Origin: Vulcanimicrobiota bacterium
GTDB taxonomy: Bacteria > Vulcanimicrobiota > Vulcanimicrobiia > Vulcanimicrobiales > Vulcanimicrobiaceae
DNA length: 64,000 nucleotides
Direction: 5' to 3'
Assembly: GCA_963812155.1 (NCBI GenBank)
Contig: CAWETW010000002.1
Coordinates: 432,681-496,680 of the forward strand
In this document: positions 62,291 through 64,000 of the stretch, in pieces
Numbering within the stretch: the stretch's first letter is position 1
How the letters are laid out: the number at the start of each line of letters is the position of its first letter
Program-made: the position numbers and the translations under genes
Notes under the pieces: generated by a model
The model's input: the letters and a program-made list of their open reading frames with translations, nothing else
Told to the model about the DNA's origin: nothing
Databases searched by the model: none

Positions 62291-63180
62291 CTATGCGCCT
62301 TTCTTATTCTTTTTTTTGGAACGTCTGGAACCCGAAGTTTTTCCCAATTCTGCGTCTTGGCGGCCGAAGCGCCGTTGCTGCTTGGAGTGCCCGGCAGCTC
62401 CTCGGCCGGCGCGTCGTCGGGAGACGGAACGTCGGTAATCACGTGCGTGGTGTCGGCAAACGAGAGCGGTTCGTGATATCGGCGCAGCATGTAGAACGTC
62501 TGCGCCATCGTGAAGGCGTTGTACGCGAACCAATACAGCACCATCGCCGACGGCCAATGATACTTCCAGCCGAAGAAGCCGAGCATCAGCGGCGAGATGA
62601 ACGACATGATGCGTTGCATCTGGGCTTGCTGCGGGTCGGTGGCGGGCATGCTGCTGAAGCGCACGCTCAGGTACATAGACGCCGCATATAGGACCACCAG
62701 CAGATCAGGTCGCTGTGGGCGAGGCTGGTCGCAAGAACGTTCGGATAGGCTTGCGAGATCGACGTACCGATCCACAGCCAGTGTCTGGTTCTCGAAGAGA
62801 TTCTTGTGGTTCATCACCACGTAGTAGACGCTGAGGATGAACGGCCACTGCACGAGCATCGGCCAGCAGCCGGCCAGCGGATTGACGCCTTCGCGCTTGT
62901 AGAGCGCCATCGTCTCTTTTTGGAGCTTCGGCGCGTCTTCTTTGTAGCGCGCCTGCAGTTTCTTGATTTGCGGCGCGACGCGCTGCATCTTCATCATCGA
63001 CTTGAACTGCGCGGTATTGAGCGGCCAGAAGACGACGCGGATCAGCGCCGCGAGGATGACCAAGCTCCATCCCAAGTTTTGAATCGGCTTGTCGATCGCC
63101 ATGACGATCTGCGACATCACGTTGACGATCGGATCGAGCCACGACGTCGCGAGCAACAGGTGGAGGGTTGCGAGCATCAT
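62291..63180 (-). CDS. yidC: Membrane protein insertase YidC (apparent indels near 62780, 62705, 62346)
   Basis: PQIKKLQARYK, LYKREGVNPLAGCWPMLVQ, LYW. Confidence 0.92.
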
Positions 63181-63181
63181 C

Positions 63182-63403
63182 TTACGTTTCGCGTCCGTCG
63201 ACGAAGTCGACGCCGCCGGGGTTCCACGGATGGCAGCGCGCCAGCCGCGCGAGGGCAAGCCACCCGCCGCGCAGCACGCCGTGCTCGCGCATGGCGACGA
63301 GCGCATAATGCGAACAGGTCGGATAGAAGCGGCAGGCCGGTGGCAGCAGCGGCGACAGCGTCAGTTGGTAGAGTCGGACGAGCGCGACGAAAAGGTGCCG
63401 CAA
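63182..63403 (-). CDS. yidD: Membrane protein insertion efficiency factor
   Basis: [21 protein letters not shown]. Confidence 0.95.
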   Translation of the reverse strand: MRHLFVALVRLYQLTLSPLLPPACRFYPTCSHYALVAMREHGVLRGGWLALARLARCHPWNPGGVDFVDGRET

Positions 63404-63406
63404 CGC

Positions 63407-63735
63407 TCAGGCCTGGTGCAGTGCCGACAAGAAGTCGGCGCGCAGCGCGGAGAAATCGGCGTGCGCCGCGGTTGGCCGCGCGACGATTACCATGCGAAGA
63501 GCACGCCCGGTCTCGGCGAGCGCATCGTTGACGATCGCCGCGAGACGGCGGCGGAATTTATTACGGACAACGGCTTTTCCGATCGCTTTGTTTACGGTGA
63601 TGCCGACCAGCGACGAGGCGTCGCGCGGCAAGGCATCGGTGAGGTAGAGGGTCAGGGTTCGGTCGCAGCGCGCCGGCCGTACCGCCGCAGGCGGGCGAAA
63701 TCCGCTCGGCGGCGCAGGCTGGCATAGCGGCGCAT
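63407..63735 (-). CDS. rnpA: RNase P protein component (apparent frameshift near 63660)
   Basis: LRRRADF N-terminus in one frame; GITVNKAIGKAVVRNKFRRRL in the next. Confidence 0.9.
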
Positions 63736-63869
63736 CAGACCGTCAGGCGGTGACGACCCTTCCTGCGGCGTCGCGCCAGCACGTTGCGGCCGCTCTTGGT
63801 GCTCATTCGCTCCAAGAATCCGTGCACGCGTTTGCGACGGCGGTTATGCGGCTGGTAGGTCCGCTTCAT
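63735..63869 (-). CDS. rpmH: 50S ribosomal protein bL34
   Basis: [22 protein letters not shown]...RRRKGRHRL. Confidence 0.98.
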   Translation of the reverse strand: MKRTYQPHNRRRKRVHGFLERMSTKSGRNVLARRRRKGRHRLTV

Positions 63870-63935
63870 CGAAACACTTCTCTCTTTAACAAAAATAACT
63901 GCCGCTGGCCGAACCCGGCGGCAGACAGGCCCTTG

Positions 63936-63965
63936 ATTATAGGCAGCCGCCGTTCGGAGCGTCAA
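63936..63965 (-). promoter_or_regulatory. Sigma70-type promoter for rpmH operon
   Basis: TTGACG, 18-nt spacer, TATAAT on minus strand. Confidence 0.8.
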
Positions 63966-64000
63966 GGACACGTGTCCGCACCGGCCGGCATTGAAGGAGG

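Noticed and set aside
61645..63306. Apparent YidC-Jag fusion ORF (553 aa)
   Set aside because: Produced by indels: yidC has a natural basic tail and stop at 62291, jag has its own ATG at 62278, and the linker is out-of-frame sequence.

Overview
GC-rich bacterial chromosomal window spanning the replication-origin region of a diderm organism with Terrabacteria-type gene content. Ca. Eremiobacterota/Vulcanimicrobiota is my best guess, inferred from gene content only. Left arm (minus strand): dnaA-dnaN-recF-dciA-gyrB runs directly into a large outer-membrane biogenesis cluster (tamB, bamA, three skp-like genes, lpxD/C, fabZ, lpxA/B, a metallophosphoesterase, an lpxB-like gene, an O-antigen ligase, lptC/B/FG, DUF3084, yqgF-like). 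A bipartite oriC flanks dnaA. Right arm: rpmA-obg-nadD-maf-mreCD-mrdA on plus, accessory genes, and the rpmH-rnpA-yidD-yidC-jag-mnmE-mnmG-rsmG...cca-parA-parB block on minus, about 30 kb from dnaA and pointing toward the origin. The most unusual element is a 121-aa single-motif LAGLIDADG-like gene heading the cca-parA-parB operon and bracketed by a 31-bp inverted repeat made of parS-like half-sites. Also notable: a GNR-motif metallophosphoesterase coupled to lpxB (candidate lipid X-forming hydrolase), several apparent non-canonical start codons (parA CTG, mreC ATT), an L27 with a Prp-type leader but no adjacent prp/rplU, and two small membrane ORFs missed by the ORF track. About ten single-base indels, several in essential genes, are probably assembly errors. 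I saw no rRNA, tRNA, CRISPR array or transposase.
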